Positions 48,244 through 58,448 of a stretch of DNA of 64,000 bases are shown here, in pieces (position 1 is the first letter of the stretch; the number at the start of each line of letters is the position of its first letter). The stretch covers positions 224,001 through 288,000 of the forward strand of contig JBNKBE010000002.1 of NCBI GenBank assembly GCA_050287085.1. The letters are read 5' to 3'. The DNA comes from Polyangiaceae bacterium (lineage in GTDB: Bacteria > Myxococcota_A > Polyangia > Polyangiales > Polyangiaceae). Under the pieces are notes generated by a model that saw only the letters and a list, made by a program, of their open reading frames with translations, ran no database searches and was not told the origin of the DNA. A program made the position numbers and the translations under genes.

Positions 48244-48888
48244 TCCACTGGGAAGGTTGTGCTCGCGGGGCCCAGCGATGTGCCAGACGCGCGGACGAGC
48301 CAATCGAGCCATCCTGACTTGCACGTCACGCACGCTGGCGCGGGCCCGGTGGGTGGCTGTCAGGGGGCGAAATCTCATGGTGTGGGGTGTGCGGCGCCCT
48401 TTGCGGGAGGAAATGCGAAGAAGGGCCCCGCCGCCGGCTCACGTGAGCGATGGGGCATCGAATCATGGCCCGCGGACTGGTCTCGAAGGCCGGGGCGTAA
48501 GTAGCCCAGCGCGTTCCGTTTCACAAGCGTGACCGCCGCCATTTGTTCCTTGGTCCGAGAGCCGCATTCGCGGCGGAGTAGACAGCCTGACGCGCCGTGG
48601 ACGCCTCCCGGCGCGTCGGGTGGGCAGCCAGTCCCGAGCGCCCGCGGCGCTCGCCGCGCCTTTGGTTTGGCAACACCACTCCGCCGAAGAGCCAGCGTTT
48701 CGGGTCGTCAGCACCGCTGCTGGCCGCGCGGACGTCGTTTGGGGGGCCGGTTTGCGCGATTTATTGGCCGCGCGGGCACGGGGGGGTTACCGACCCGAAG
48801 AGCAGGCCCATGACCGGAAGTCCGCACCTTGCGGGTCCGGCAACGCGTCGACGCCACGGAGGCGGTTGACACAACAAGTGAGCAAGTC

Positions 48889-51267
48889 GTGGCGCAACGT
48901 CGCAAGAAGTCCCAGTTGAAACAAGAGCCAAGTGCGACTGTGCCCGAGCCGAAGGCATTGCACGAGCTCGCTCAAGAGCGGTACCTGAACTATGCGCTCA
49001 GCGTGATAACAAGTCGGGCGCTGCCCGACGTTCGCGATGGCCTGAAACCGGTGCAGCGCCGAATCCTCTACACCATGTGGCAGCAGCGGCTGACGTCGGA
49101 CGCCAAGCATCGCAAGTGTGCCAAGGTGGTGGGTGACGTGATGGGTAACTATCACCCCCACGGCGACTCGGCGATATACGATGCGTTGGTCCGGGTAGCT
49201 CAGCCTTTTGCGATGCGGGTGCCTTTGGTGGAAGGCTCTGGCAATTTCGGTTCGCTGGATGGGGACCGAGCCGCGGCGATGCGTTATACGGAGTGTCGTC
49301 TCGCGCCGGTGGCCAGCGAGATCCTGCGGGAACTATCTCAGGACACGGTCGACTTTCGTCCCAACTACGACGGAACGCGTGACGAGCCCGTGGTTCTGCC
49401 GTCGAAGGTGCCAACGCTGCTCATCAACGGCGCTTCCGGTATTGCCGTGGGAATGGCGACCAACATCCCGCCACACAACCCCGAGGAAGTCTGCGCGGCT
49501 GCAATTCGACTCCTGGATGCCTTGGTTGAGGATCGGGACCTTTCCACCCGGGAGCTCTGTCGCACTATCAAAGGACCCGACTTTCCAACGGGCGGAGTGG
49601 TGACCAACACCCAGAGTGAGCTCAAGACCATCTACGAGACGGGGTCTGGTAGCGTTAAGTTGCGCGGCACGTGGGAGCTTGGGGAGGAAGACCGAGCCGG
49701 CAAGCGTGTTCTCATCACCAGCGTTCCGTATTCCGTCAACAAGTCGCTGCTGGTGGACCGCATCGCGGATGTGGCCCTGTCCCGCAAGATGTCGCTGCTG
49801 GTCGACGTCAAGGATGTGTCGACGGACGATGTCCGCATAGAATTGCTGCTCAAGAAAGACGCAGATGAACAGAAGGTCATGGCCTACCTGTTCAAGAACA
49901 CACCTCTGCAGACCAATTTCAACGTCAACATGACGTGCCTTGTGCCCACCGAGAATCCGGAGGTGGGCCGTCCGGAGCGCCTGGACCTGCGGAGTATGCT
50001 CTGGCACTTCCTGCAGTTCCGCTTCGAGGTGACGACGCGGCGCTTGCAGCATGAGCTTGCCGCGTTGGAACGACGGATTCACATCCTCGAGGGATTCGAG
50101 GCTGTCTTTGACGCACTCGACGAAATCATCAAGATTATCCGATCGTCGGATGGCAAGGCGGACGCGGCCAAGAAGATCATGAAGCGTTTTGCCCTCGACG
50201 AGGAGCAGACGGACGCCATCCTGGAGTTGAAGCTCTACCGCCTTGCTCGGCTCGAGATTCTGGTCATTCAAGACGAACTCAAGGACAAGCGAAAGCGCGC
50301 CAAAGAGATCAACAAGCTACTCGGGGACAAAGGCGGGCCTGGGCGTTGGGCGTTGGTGCGCGCGGAGCTTGAGGAGGGCAAGAGTGGCTATGCCAGAGGC
50401 CCGCGCCGTACCTTGTTGCAAGCGGGGAGTGACGAGATCGAGTTCACGGCCGAAGAGCTCATCGTCGCTGAAGATTGCCACGTGCTGGTGACCACCGACG
50501 GTTGGGTCAAGCGGCAAAAAGAAGTGAAGGATCCGACTCAGACCCGGCTGCGGGAGGGTGACTCCGTGCTGACCTGTGTGGCGGGCTCGACGCGTTCCAC
50601 AATGGTGTTCTTCTCCAATTTTGGCACGGCGTACACCGCTCGCATCATCGATATTGCCGCCACAACCGGCTACGGCGAGCCCATCCAGAAGCTCTTCAAG
50701 CTCAAGGACGGCGAGGCGATCGTGGCTGCTTATTCGCTCGATTCGAGAGTGGTTGGGAGCATCGAAGAATACGAAGGCTATTTCCCCGCAACGTATGCGG
50801 TTTCGGTCACCGATGACGGCTATGCTCTCTGCTTCGGATTGGCGCCATTTGCCGAGCCCAGCACCAAAGCCGGACGCAAGTTTGCTCGCCCCAAGGGGGA
50901 GGCCAAGGTGCTTGGCGTAGAACTCACCGACGGGACAGAGACTCTGATTGCGGTCTCCCAGGTGCGGCGCGCGCTTGCTTGCGCTGCCGAGGAGGTCAAC
51001 TACCTTGCCAGCGCAGGGCGCGGCGTGCAGCTGATGAAGTTGGACGCTGGGGATCAGCTGGTTGGCTTTGGCGTGTTCAAGAGCGGAAGCGATGGGTTGG
51101 TCGTCAAGACGAGTTTGGGGGGAGAACAGAAGCTGACTCCTTCGAAGATCAGCAAGTCGGCCCGTGGCGGAAAGGGTCGGGAGATCATCAAGCGCGGTCG
51201 CTTCGTGAGTATCGAACGCGGACCTGTGTCGCCGCCGCTGCCTCTGGACGAAGAAGGTAGTGAATAG
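48889..51267 (+). CDS. parC: Type IIA topoisomerase subunit A lacking a GyrA-box (topoisomerase IV ParC-like)
   Basis: RYLNYALSVI, DGLKPVQRR, YHPHGDSAIYD, AAMRYTE; CTD blade 1 has no QRRGGKG; start uncertain (48829-48937). Confidence 0.82.
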   Translation: MAQRRKKSQLKQEPSATVPEPKALHELAQERYLNYALSVITSRALPDVRDGLKPVQRRILYTMWQQRLTSDAKHRKCAKVVGDVMGNYHPHGDSAIYDALVRVAQPFAMRVPLVEGSGNFGSLDGDRAAAMRYTECRLAPVASEILRELSQDTVDFRPNYDGTRDEPVVLPSKVPTLLINGASGIAVGMATNIPPHNPEEVCAAAIRLLDALVEDRDLSTRELCRTIKGPDFPTGGVVTNTQSELKTIYETGSGSVKLRGTWELGEEDRAGKRVLITSVPYSVNKSLLVDRIADVALSRKMSLLVDVKDVSTDDVRIELLLKKDADEQKVMAYLFKNTPLQTNFNVNMTCLVPTENPEVGRPERLDLRSMLWHFLQFRFEVTTRRLQHELAALERRIHILEGFEAVFDALDEIIKIIRSSDGKADAAKKIMKRFALDEEQTDAILELKLYRLARLEILVIQDELKDKRKRAKEINKLLGDKGGPGRWALVRAELEEGKSGYARGPRRTLLQAGSDEIEFTAEELIVAEDCHVLVTTDGWVKRQKEVKDPTQTRLREGDSVLTCVAGSTRSTMVFFSNFGTAYTARIIDIAATTGYGEPIQKLFKLKDGEAIVAAYSLDSRVVGSIEEYEGYFPATYAVSVTDDGYALCFGLAPFAEPSTKAGRKFARPKGEAKVLGVELTDGTETLIAVSQVRRALACAAEEVNYLASAGRGVQLMKLDAGDQLVGFGVFKSGSDGLVVKTSLGGEQKLTPSKISKSARGGKGREIIKRGRFVSIERGPVSPPLPLDEEGSE

Positions 51268-51284
51268 CTCGGCGAGGTGAACTT

Positions 51285-53189
51285 ATGACCGAATACACCG
51301 CGAAAGATATCGATGTCCTCGAGGGCCTCGAGCCTGTTCGGAAGCGTCCGGGCATGTACATTGGAGGCGTTTCGAGCGCAGGTCTTCATCACCTCGCGTG
51401 GGAAGTGCTGGACAACTCTGTCGACGAGGCGATGAACGGTCACGCCACGGACATCGTGCTGACTCTGCACAAGGATGGTTGCAGCATTACCGTTAGCGAC
51501 AACGGTCGCGGGATACCCATAGACAAGCATCCCAAGCTCAAGAAGAGCGCGTTGGAGATCATCTTCACGACTCTGCACGCCGGCGGCAAGTTCGAGGGCG
51601 GAAACTATAAGACTTCCGGCGGCCTCCACGGCGTGGGAGCTTCGGTCGTCAACGCTTTGTCCAGCAAGCTGGTCGCAACGGTCAGGCGCGACGGAGCCGA
51701 ATACGAGATGGAGTTCAAGGCGGGCGCCGTGCTCAAGCCCCTCAAGAAGGTGCGCTCCGCCCGCGGCACAGGAACTACCGTATTCTTCTCACCGGACCCA
51801 AAGATCTTCCCGAAGACGCACTTCAGTGCGGATGTCCTTCGCCAAAGACTCGAAGTCGTGAGCTTTCTGCACCGCGGAGTCCGGGTCGTCTTTGAAGATG
51901 AGGTGTCCGCTACCAAAGAGGTATTCCACCACCAGGAGGGGATCCGAGACTACCTGACCCAGGTCGTGGCGAGTCGCAAGGCGAGGCCGGTTCATCCTAC
52001 AGCGTTTGAGGTTCGCAAGGAGAATGGCAGTCGCGTCGAAGTGGCGATCCAATGGACGGAGGCCACGGACGAGTACGTTCGTAGCTACGTCAACGGAATC
52101 CCGACCGGTTCGGGCGGCACCCACGAAAGCGGGCTTCGTGCTGGCCTTGCCAAGGCCGTCCGAAACTACATCGACGTTCACAAGCTCGCACCGCGCGGTG
52201 TTACCTTGACCGCCGAAGACATCCGCGAAGGGCTTGTGGGTGTGCTGAGTGTCTTCATTGCCGAGCCGCAGTTTCAAGGTCAAACCAAGGATCGACTGAA
52301 CAATCCTGAAGTTCAGTCGGTGATCGACAACGCCGTGCGCCCGGCGCTTGAGCAATGGCTCAATTCCAATAGGAGCGCGGCTGAGCAAATCGTGGGCCGT
52401 ATCATCCTCGCAGCGCGCGCTAGAGAAGCGTCCCGGGCTGCATCCCTTGCGGTGACGCGCAAGACGGCAACGTCCGGCCGTCTGACGCTTCCGGGCAAAC
52501 TCAGCGATTGCTCTAGCAACGACCGAGCGGATACTGAGCTCTTCATCGTGGAAGGTGACTCCGCGGGGGGCTCGGCCAAGCAAGGGCGAAATCGCGAAAA
52601 TCAGGCGATCTTGCCGCTGCGCGGTAAGGTGCTCAACACCGAGAGTGTTTCTCTCAACAAGCTTCTGGAAAATCGAGAGCTCGCGGATCTGGTCACAGCT
52701 CTCGGTTGCGGGATTGGGAAGACCTTCGACGAGTCCAAGCTGCGCTACCAACGTGTCGTATTGCTGGCGGATGCGGACTCGGATGGGCATCACATCACGA
52801 CATTGTTGCTGACGTTCTTCTATCGCCACATGCCCGAGCTGATTCGGGGCGGAAAAGTGTTTGTGGCTGTGCCACCCCTGTTTCGCGTCGACATCGGGAA
52901 AGAAACCTATTGGGCCGCGGACGAGAGCGATCGCGCGAGGATCCTGAAAGAGCATCAGAAGGGCAACGCCAAGGTCGAGATCACCCGCTTCAAGGGGCTG
53001 GGTGAGATGATGCCGAAGGTCCTTTGGGAGACCACGTTGGACCCAGCCAAACGAAGAATGTTTCGCGTCGACATTACCGATGGGCTGCAGACGGATCGCG
53101 TCATGAACGAGTTGATGGGGAAGGAACCCAGCGCTCGTTTCGACTTCATCATGAGCCGCGCTGAAGATGCTGTCGCCCTCGATGTTTGA
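51285..53189 (+). CDS. parE: Type IIA topoisomerase subunit B (ParE-like, no GyrB insert)
   Basis: VRKRPGMYIG, DNGRGIP, GGLHGVGASVVNALS, EGDSAGG, PLRGK, DADSDG, RFKGLGEM; 634 aa. Confidence 0.85.
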   Translation: MTEYTAKDIDVLEGLEPVRKRPGMYIGGVSSAGLHHLAWEVLDNSVDEAMNGHATDIVLTLHKDGCSITVSDNGRGIPIDKHPKLKKSALEIIFTTLHAGGKFEGGNYKTSGGLHGVGASVVNALSSKLVATVRRDGAEYEMEFKAGAVLKPLKKVRSARGTGTTVFFSPDPKIFPKTHFSADVLRQRLEVVSFLHRGVRVVFEDEVSATKEVFHHQEGIRDYLTQVVASRKARPVHPTAFEVRKENGSRVEVAIQWTEATDEYVRSYVNGIPTGSGGTHESGLRAGLAKAVRNYIDVHKLAPRGVTLTAEDIREGLVGVLSVFIAEPQFQGQTKDRLNNPEVQSVIDNAVRPALEQWLNSNRSAAEQIVGRIILAARAREASRAASLAVTRKTATSGRLTLPGKLSDCSSNDRADTELFIVEGDSAGGSAKQGRNRENQAILPLRGKVLNTESVSLNKLLENRELADLVTALGCGIGKTFDESKLRYQRVVLLADADSDGHHITTLLLTFFYRHMPELIRGGKVFVAVPPLFRVDIGKETYWAADESDRARILKEHQKGNAKVEITRFKGLGEMMPKVLWETTLDPAKRRMFRVDITDGLQTDRVMNELMGKEPSARFDFIMSRAEDAVALDV

Positions 53190-53291
53190 GTCGAGCCGCC
53201 ATGATGAGCTGAGCCCGAAGCTGCTGCCTATCTAGGCTCTTGAAGTAGAAGCTGGCGCGGTGCGTGCTGCGACCAGAGCGGGAGCGCCGGG

Positions 53292-54668
53292 CTAGCGAAA
53301 ATCTGCCAGCGTCAGGTCGTATCGCTTGAGCCAGCGGTGGACCTGCATCCGAGCCTTGCCGAGTTCCCGACCTACGGCAGCCACGTTTCCACTGTGCACC
53401 CGTAGCAAAGTGATCAATTCTTCGCGGGTGGGCGCTCGGCTCGTGCCCTCGCTCGAGAGATCCGCTTCGCTGGGCGTTCGGGAGCCGTAGTCCAACATGG
53501 CATCGCTCAATGCGTCGGGTAGGAGTTCGACGGTCATGCTGGCGCCTGAGGTTAACGCCACCGCGCGTTTCGCGCAGGCTTCGAGTTCCCGCACGTTGTA
53601 GGGCCAGTCGTAGTGGAGCAGAGCTGTCATCGTTGAGAACGTCGGCTCCATCTCAGCACGTCCGTGGCGAGCGAAGAGCGTCTTGAGCAGCAGATACACG
53701 TCCTCTTTGCGGTCCCTCAGCGGGGGCAAGCGGACCTGATACTCATTTAGGCGGGCGAAGAGATCAGCGCGGAAGCGGTCTTCGGCCTGAAGCTGCGTCA
53801 GGTCGCGGTGGGTGGCACAGACGACTCGCACGTCCACACTTTCGGCGCGGGTAGCGCCCACCGGAAACACCTCCTTGGCCTGCAGCACTCGCAGCAATTT
53901 GGCTTGCGCAGCGGCTGGCATATCACCGATTTCGTCGAGCAATAGCGTGCCTCCGTCGGCCGCTTGGATGAGGCCGGGCTTGTCGCGATCGGCTCCGGAG
54001 AACGCTCCTCGCTTGTAGCCGAAGAGCTCGCTCTCGATCAGGTTCTGAGGGATAGCGGCACAATTGATGGCGCAGAAGCGACCGCGGCGTTGGCTCCAGC
54101 GATGCAGTTGCCGGGCGGCAACCTCCTTGCCTGTGCCGCTTTCGCCCAGGAGCATGACACTCAATGTGCTCCTGGCAATCTTCGACAACTCGCCGCCAAT
54201 GCGGTCCATTTGATAGCCGCCGATGAGTTCGCTGTCGGGGGGGGACAGTCTTCGGGCCCCAGGCTCCAGGCGCCCGTCTAGGCGATAGCGCTGGTAGGCG
54301 GCGAAGTCGCTCGGAATGAATTTGAGGATGGCATCACCCAGGCGCAGCTCCTGGTTGTCTTCCAGTCGAGCCGATAGGACGCGGCGACCGTCGAGCAAGG
54401 TGCCGTTGGTACTTCCACAATCCGTGATCCTGTATCCACCCCGCTCTCGGCTGAGGGTCGCGTGCAAACGCGAGATGGCGCTCACCGGGATTTGAACCGT
54501 GGCGGGGGCCTCACGCCCGACGGATACGTCGCTCTCCGGCAGGGCGTAGCCAGCGGGCAGCTGGGCGTTGTTGTCCGCATAGAGCACCAGCAACCCGGCG
54601 TTGCCCGCTCCGGCGTTCGAGCGAGACGCGGCCCGAAACTCCTGCATGGCGCCGGTTCCGTCGCTCAT
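53292..54668 (-). CDS. FHA-domain sigma-54 enhancer-binding protein (FHA-AAA+-HTH)
   Basis: FHA (VGRE, ISRLHA, GSTNGT), GESGTGKE, GAFSGA, LLDEIG, WPYNVREL, C-terminal HTH. Confidence 0.93.
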   Translation of the reverse strand: MSDGTGAMQEFRAASRSNAGAGNAGLLVLYADNNAQLPAGYALPESDVSVGREAPATVQIPVSAISRLHATLSRERGGYRITDCGSTNGTLLDGRRVLSARLEDNQELRLGDAILKFIPSDFAAYQRYRLDGRLEPGARRLSPPDSELIGGYQMDRIGGELSKIARSTLSVMLLGESGTGKEVAARQLHRWSQRRGRFCAINCAAIPQNLIESELFGYKRGAFSGADRDKPGLIQAADGGTLLLDEIGDMPAAAQAKLLRVLQAKEVFPVGATRAESVDVRVVCATHRDLTQLQAEDRFRADLFARLNEYQVRLPPLRDRKEDVYLLLKTLFARHGRAEMEPTFSTMTALLHYDWPYNVRELEACAKRAVALTSGASMTVELLPDALSDAMLDYGSRTPSEADLSSEGTSRAPTREELITLLRVHSGNVAAVGRELGKARMQVHRWLKRYDLTLADFR

Positions 54669-54807
54669 GAGGGGAATGTAGCGGCAATTGGGGGCTTCGT
54701 CACCCGTCGCGCGGAGTAGGTCGGGATTCAGCGTCTGCGAGTACTTTCGGGCCGATTCGTGGTAGCTTTGACCCCCGACCTGGCTCGGACAACCGGATGA
54801 GGTGGTT

Positions 54808-55644
54808 ATGAATCAGAAAGAGAACGCGCTTTCGCGACGGCTCGCCGCCGTGCAGCTTCAGTCTAGCGACGACGTGGCGGGCAACCTGCGCGCGTGTGCC
54901 GAGCAGGTCGCGGGAGCGGCAGCGCGGGGGGCCGACCTTGTATTATTGCCCGAGAATTTCGCGTTCTTTGGCGCCGAAGAGGCGCGCGGGGCGATAGCCG
55001 AGGATCTCGAGGAGGGTTCCGGCCCGATCATGACGGCCTTGCGGGAGATGGCGGAGCAACACAGCGTCTGCTTGATCGGCGGCGGGATGCCAGAACGCAG
55101 TCCGGATCCGCTGCGACCCTACAATACCTCGGTTGCGGTTGACGCGGGGGGCCGCATGGCTGGACGCTATCGAAAGGTGCACCTATTCGACGTGCGTATA
55201 CCTGGCGGTATGCAGTATCTGGAAAGCGGCGGCACAAGCGCGGGGGATAGGGTTGTGGTCGTCGAGCTTGGGGGGCTCCGCGTGGCGCTATCCGTTTGCT
55301 ACGACCTCCGCTTCCCTCGTTTATACGAGGCCGCCGCTGCGGCAGGGGCGGACGTTCTGACCGTGCCTGCGGCGTTCACGCTGCAAACGGGGCTCGCGCA
55401 TTGGACGGTTCTGTTGCGTGCGCGTGCGATCGAAAACCAGTGCTGGTTGCTTGCGGCCAATCAATGGGGCCTGCATCCGGGAGGACGCCAGACCTACGGA
55501 CATTCCGCGCTGATCGATCCTTGGGGCACGGTAGTTGCGCAATGTGGTGACGGCGTGGGTTGTTGCGTGGGGGACGTAGAGCTCGCAAAGCTCCAGGCCG
55601 TCCGCGAACGCATGCCCTGTGCGTCCCATCGCCGGGCCTTCTGA
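54808..55644 (+). CDS. Carbon-nitrogen hydrolase (Nit1 / deaminated glutathione amidase family)
   Basis: Triad LPENF / YRKVHLFD / VCYDLRFP; PAAFT..TG.AHW..LLRARAIENQ; TYGHS.LIDPWG. Confidence 0.92.
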   Translation: MNQKENALSRRLAAVQLQSSDDVAGNLRACAEQVAGAAARGADLVLLPENFAFFGAEEARGAIAEDLEEGSGPIMTALREMAEQHSVCLIGGGMPERSPDPLRPYNTSVAVDAGGRMAGRYRKVHLFDVRIPGGMQYLESGGTSAGDRVVVVELGGLRVALSVCYDLRFPRLYEAAAAAGADVLTVPAAFTLQTGLAHWTVLLRARAIENQCWLLAANQWGLHPGGRQTYGHSALIDPWGTVVAQCGDGVGCCVGDVELAKLQAVRERMPCASHRRAF

Positions 55645-55735
55645 GAGCGGCCCTCCGAGGGCAGGTCCTCTCAGGGCTACCTTCCGCGTTCAGGCGAGAC
55701 GGCCGAGGGCGTTCAGCGATCTGGTCGAGGAGCTT

Positions 55736-57202
55736 CTATAGGTGGCGTTTGGCAATCTCGGTCCAGGTGCCACTGGGCTCGAGCTTGATGTAGTTGCTCC
55801 AATAGGGGCGCGCCTTTTCGGTTTGCCCCGCCTGTTCGTAGGCCATCGCGAGGTTGAAGTACGCATCCGCGAACTTTGGATCGGCCTCGATGGCGCCTAG
55901 GAATAGCGGGATGGACGCCTGCGGCTCACCGTGTTCGAGCATGACATAGCCGAGGTTGTACTGCGCTTCCGGCTGTCGGCTATCGAGCTCCAGCGCGCGC
56001 CGGTAGAGGGCTTCCGCGCGTTCCATCTCTTGACGCCGAAAGCAAATGTTGCCGAGATTCGTGTACGCGATCGTGAGCCACGGATCGAGCTCAATGGCCT
56101 TCTGGTAGAGCTGTTCCGCTTCGCTCATCGTCGCTGGATCCTCGTCGAGCTGGCTCGCCTTCAGATACAACTCGTACGCGGTTCGCGCGCGATCCTTGCC
56201 CGCCGCGGGTCGCAACACACGCACCACGTCGGCGCGCAGATCGCGGACCTCGAAGTCGAGCATCTGCTGACCACTGAGGGCGTCGAAGTTGCCATCACGG
56301 GTCTTGACTACGATGTCCCGGCCATCGGAGACGATCCGGAGCTCCGCGAGGGGGCGAGCCACGGTGGGGAGAGTGCGGCGCAGCGCGAGTACCGCACGGC
56401 TCACGTCCCGCAAGCGCACTCTACTGGTCAGCAAGCTCTGCGCTGCGCGCAGCTGAATCAGGTCGGCGAAAGTGTAGGCGCGCCGCCCGCGACGCCGCCC
56501 TGAAGGGGAGACAATACCGGAGCGATCCAGCGTCCGAAGGCGAGCCAGGGTCATGCCCAAGAGGCGAGCGATTTCGGTTTGGGTGAAGAGATCGGTCAGG
56601 GGCTCCGATGATGTGTCTTGCGAGCGTGTGCGGGGCCGTGCTTCAGGGGCGGTTGCGCTGACCCGCCCCCCGCCGGGGCCAAAAACAACGTGAATGACGT
56701 TGCGAGTTGACGACTTTCGCCCGTTTCTTGAGCTCTTCTGTTTCGGGCTGCGCGCTGTCGCCTTGCTGCCCTCTGCCTTGTCGCGCCGAGCTTTGGTGCT
56801 GGTCGCAGCTGTGGAGGCTGCTCCGCTGGGCTGTGGCGTTGAAGAGGCCGCGGCCATTTGCTCGCCCTTATCGCGGGGTCTGGTGTTCTTGGTTGCGCCG
56901 GCAGCGGCGCCTCCCAGATCTCGTAGCCCTTCTGAGCGGGGGCTACGTGCTTTCGTTGCCATTGCGGTGTTCGGCAAAATTGCGGTGTCCGGCAAAATTG
57001 CGGCATCCAGCAAAGGAGTTGCGCTCAACGGTGTGGCAGAGCTCTCTGGCCTCTTGCGCCGCGAGCGGCTGGAACTGCGCCCGCCCTGCGAAGCCAGTGC
57101 GGCGTGGTGGGGGTCCTTTGGACCTGCGCTGTGGGAGCTATCCTGCACGCCCTTCTTTCTGCGGCCTTTGGACGGTGGACCGTTGCTCACGCGCTTGCTC
57201 AT
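55736..57202 (-). CDS. MerR-like HTH plus TPR protein with long disordered basic N-terminus
   Basis: FTQTEIARLLG...YTFADL HTH, SGQQMLDF linker, canonical TPRs (AYTNLG, AQYNLG, AYFNLA). Confidence 0.85.
   Translation of the reverse strand: MSKRVSNGPPSKGRRKKGVQDSSHSAGPKDPHHAALASQGGRSSSRSRRKRPESSATPLSATPLLDAAILPDTAILPNTAMATKARSPRSEGLRDLGGAAAGATKNTRPRDKGEQMAAASSTPQPSGAASTAATSTKARRDKAEGSKATARSPKQKSSRNGRKSSTRNVIHVVFGPGGGRVSATAPEARPRTRSQDTSSEPLTDLFTQTEIARLLGMTLARLRTLDRSGIVSPSGRRRGRRAYTFADLIQLRAAQSLLTSRVRLRDVSRAVLALRRTLPTVARPLAELRIVSDGRDIVVKTRDGNFDALSGQQMLDFEVRDLRADVVRVLRPAAGKDRARTAYELYLKASQLDEDPATMSEAEQLYQKAIELDPWLTIAYTNLGNICFRRQEMERAEALYRRALELDSRQPEAQYNLGYVMLEHGEPQASIPLFLGAIEADPKFADAYFNLAMAYEQAGQTEKARPYWSNYIKLEPSGTWTEIAKRHL
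56961..57014. repeat. In-frame 18-bp tandem repeat x3 (encodes LLDAAI-LPDTAI-LPNTAM)
   Basis: ATTGCGGTGTTCGGCAAA, ATTGCGGTGTCCGGCAAA, ATTGCGGCATCCAGCAAA. Confidence 0.85.
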
Positions 57203-57370
57203 GGTGACTATCCCGAACTCTTCATCACGGTCAGGTGAAGTTCAAGTCCCGCGAGGCGCCGACTCTGCGAGCGCCTTCAAGGGGGGACCTTTGTGCGTGC
57301 AAACTGTGAGTAAGTGGCCAAGGACTGGGGACAGGTGGTGTAGAGGCCTGCTCGGTGCTCGGACACCCGT

Positions 57371-57844
57371 TCAAACTCGGCGTCCCAGCGAGGCTGAAAG
57401 GGAAGAATTGTCCTTATGGGGAGCGTCGTCTTGCTCGTAGGGCGCTTCCACATCAACACTGATTTGAATGCCGCTGGCGCTCAGCTCGAAGCGCAGCTCC
57501 GCGTGCAGACGACCCAGCCTATGACAGCGAACCTGCGCCTCGCGACAAGCGATGCGCACAGCGCGCGTGCGGGCATGAGGGTTGCTCGCAAGCAGTGAGC
57601 AAGCGCGTATTGCATCCTCGTCTGCAACCATGCCCCCGAGCGAGGCAAGTGGCAGTAGAATGCTCGTGCTTCCGTAGTAGGTGGCAACCGCTTGCGAGGA
57701 TTGAAGCGCACCTTCGCTCAGGACATCCGCTGCCTCGAACAGTTCTCGTATGCGGTAGTCCGAGCATTGAAACAGGATCAGTGCACGTTGCTGAACGAGC
57801 GGGAGCTTTCCCGCCTTCCGCAAGCCCGGTCCACGGTGCGCCAC
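57371..57844 (-). CDS. Hypothetical protein (157 aa)
   Basis: Fills the gap upstream of the MerR-TPR gene; globular composition (YYGSTSILL, IQISVDVEA); no family recognised. Confidence 0.6.
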   Translation of the reverse strand: MAHRGPGLRKAGKLPLVQQRALILFQCSDYRIRELFEAADVLSEGALQSSQAVATYYGSTSILLPLASLGGMVADEDAIRACSLLASNPHARTRAVRIACREAQVRCHRLGRLHAELRFELSASGIQISVDVEAPYEQDDAPHKDNSSLSASLGRRV

Positions 57845-58055
57845 GACGCCAGTCTAGCCCTAGCTGGGGCGGCTGGCGAACTTTCTGGGGCGCCGAATGG
57901 CACGCAAACTTGGCCCGCGCCTGCGGTATTCGGAGAGACTGCGTCTCGGCTTGTTCTGAGGTGGTCCGAAACCATCCCAGGCGTCACGCACAACGCTAGA
58001 AGCCCTACGCTGGGTGAGTGCCATTTACTTCGATTGGAGCTAGGAGAAACACACC

Positions 58056-58373
58056 GTGAGCTACCAAGGTCCGGAACGTCGTCGTCACAAGGTCTACGTC
58101 ACTCAAAACACCGAGTACCACTTCGAAGGTGAGGTTTGTGTTGCCGTGCGGGATCGAGCTCGCAGGAGTTGGCTCCTGGATCACCAGGCGCTCGATCGAA
58201 AGCTCAGCGGGTGTGTGCGCTTCCACAAGAACGGTGACGCCTATCCTTGTCTCGACCGGCCGCGCAGAGGAGATGCGCTCTTCTTCGGCTCGGACGGACC
58301 TGACGTCATCACTAGCGCCATTGGGTCTATCGGTCGTCCTCCCAAGGAGCTCGTGCTGGAATACCCCTTTTGA
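58056..58373 (+). CDS. Small hypothetical protein (ERRRHKVYVTQNTEYH type)
   Basis: AGGAGA RBS with GTG start; motif pattern I recall from uncharacterised myxobacterial proteins. Confidence 0.75.
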   Translation: MSYQGPERRRHKVYVTQNTEYHFEGEVCVAVRDRARRSWLLDHQALDRKLSGCVRFHKNGDAYPCLDRPRRGDALFFGSDGPDVITSAIGSIGRPPKELVLEYPF

Positions 58374-58448
58374 GTTCGTCGGACGAGTTGGCCGCTGCGG
58401 CCGGGTGCAGGCCACCCAGGCCGCTCCCTCAATGGAGGTTCAGACCAG

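Noticed and set aside
48437..48448. Perfect palindrome GCTCACGTGAGC as a parS site (also GTTTCACG half-sites near 45625-45645)
   Set aside because: Only the core matches; flanks deviate from TGTTtCACGTGaAACA and there is no cluster of full sites.
57898..57925. Sigma-54-like TGGCACG upstream of the 58056 gene
   Set aside because: No GC at the required 12-bp spacing for either TGGC in this stretch.
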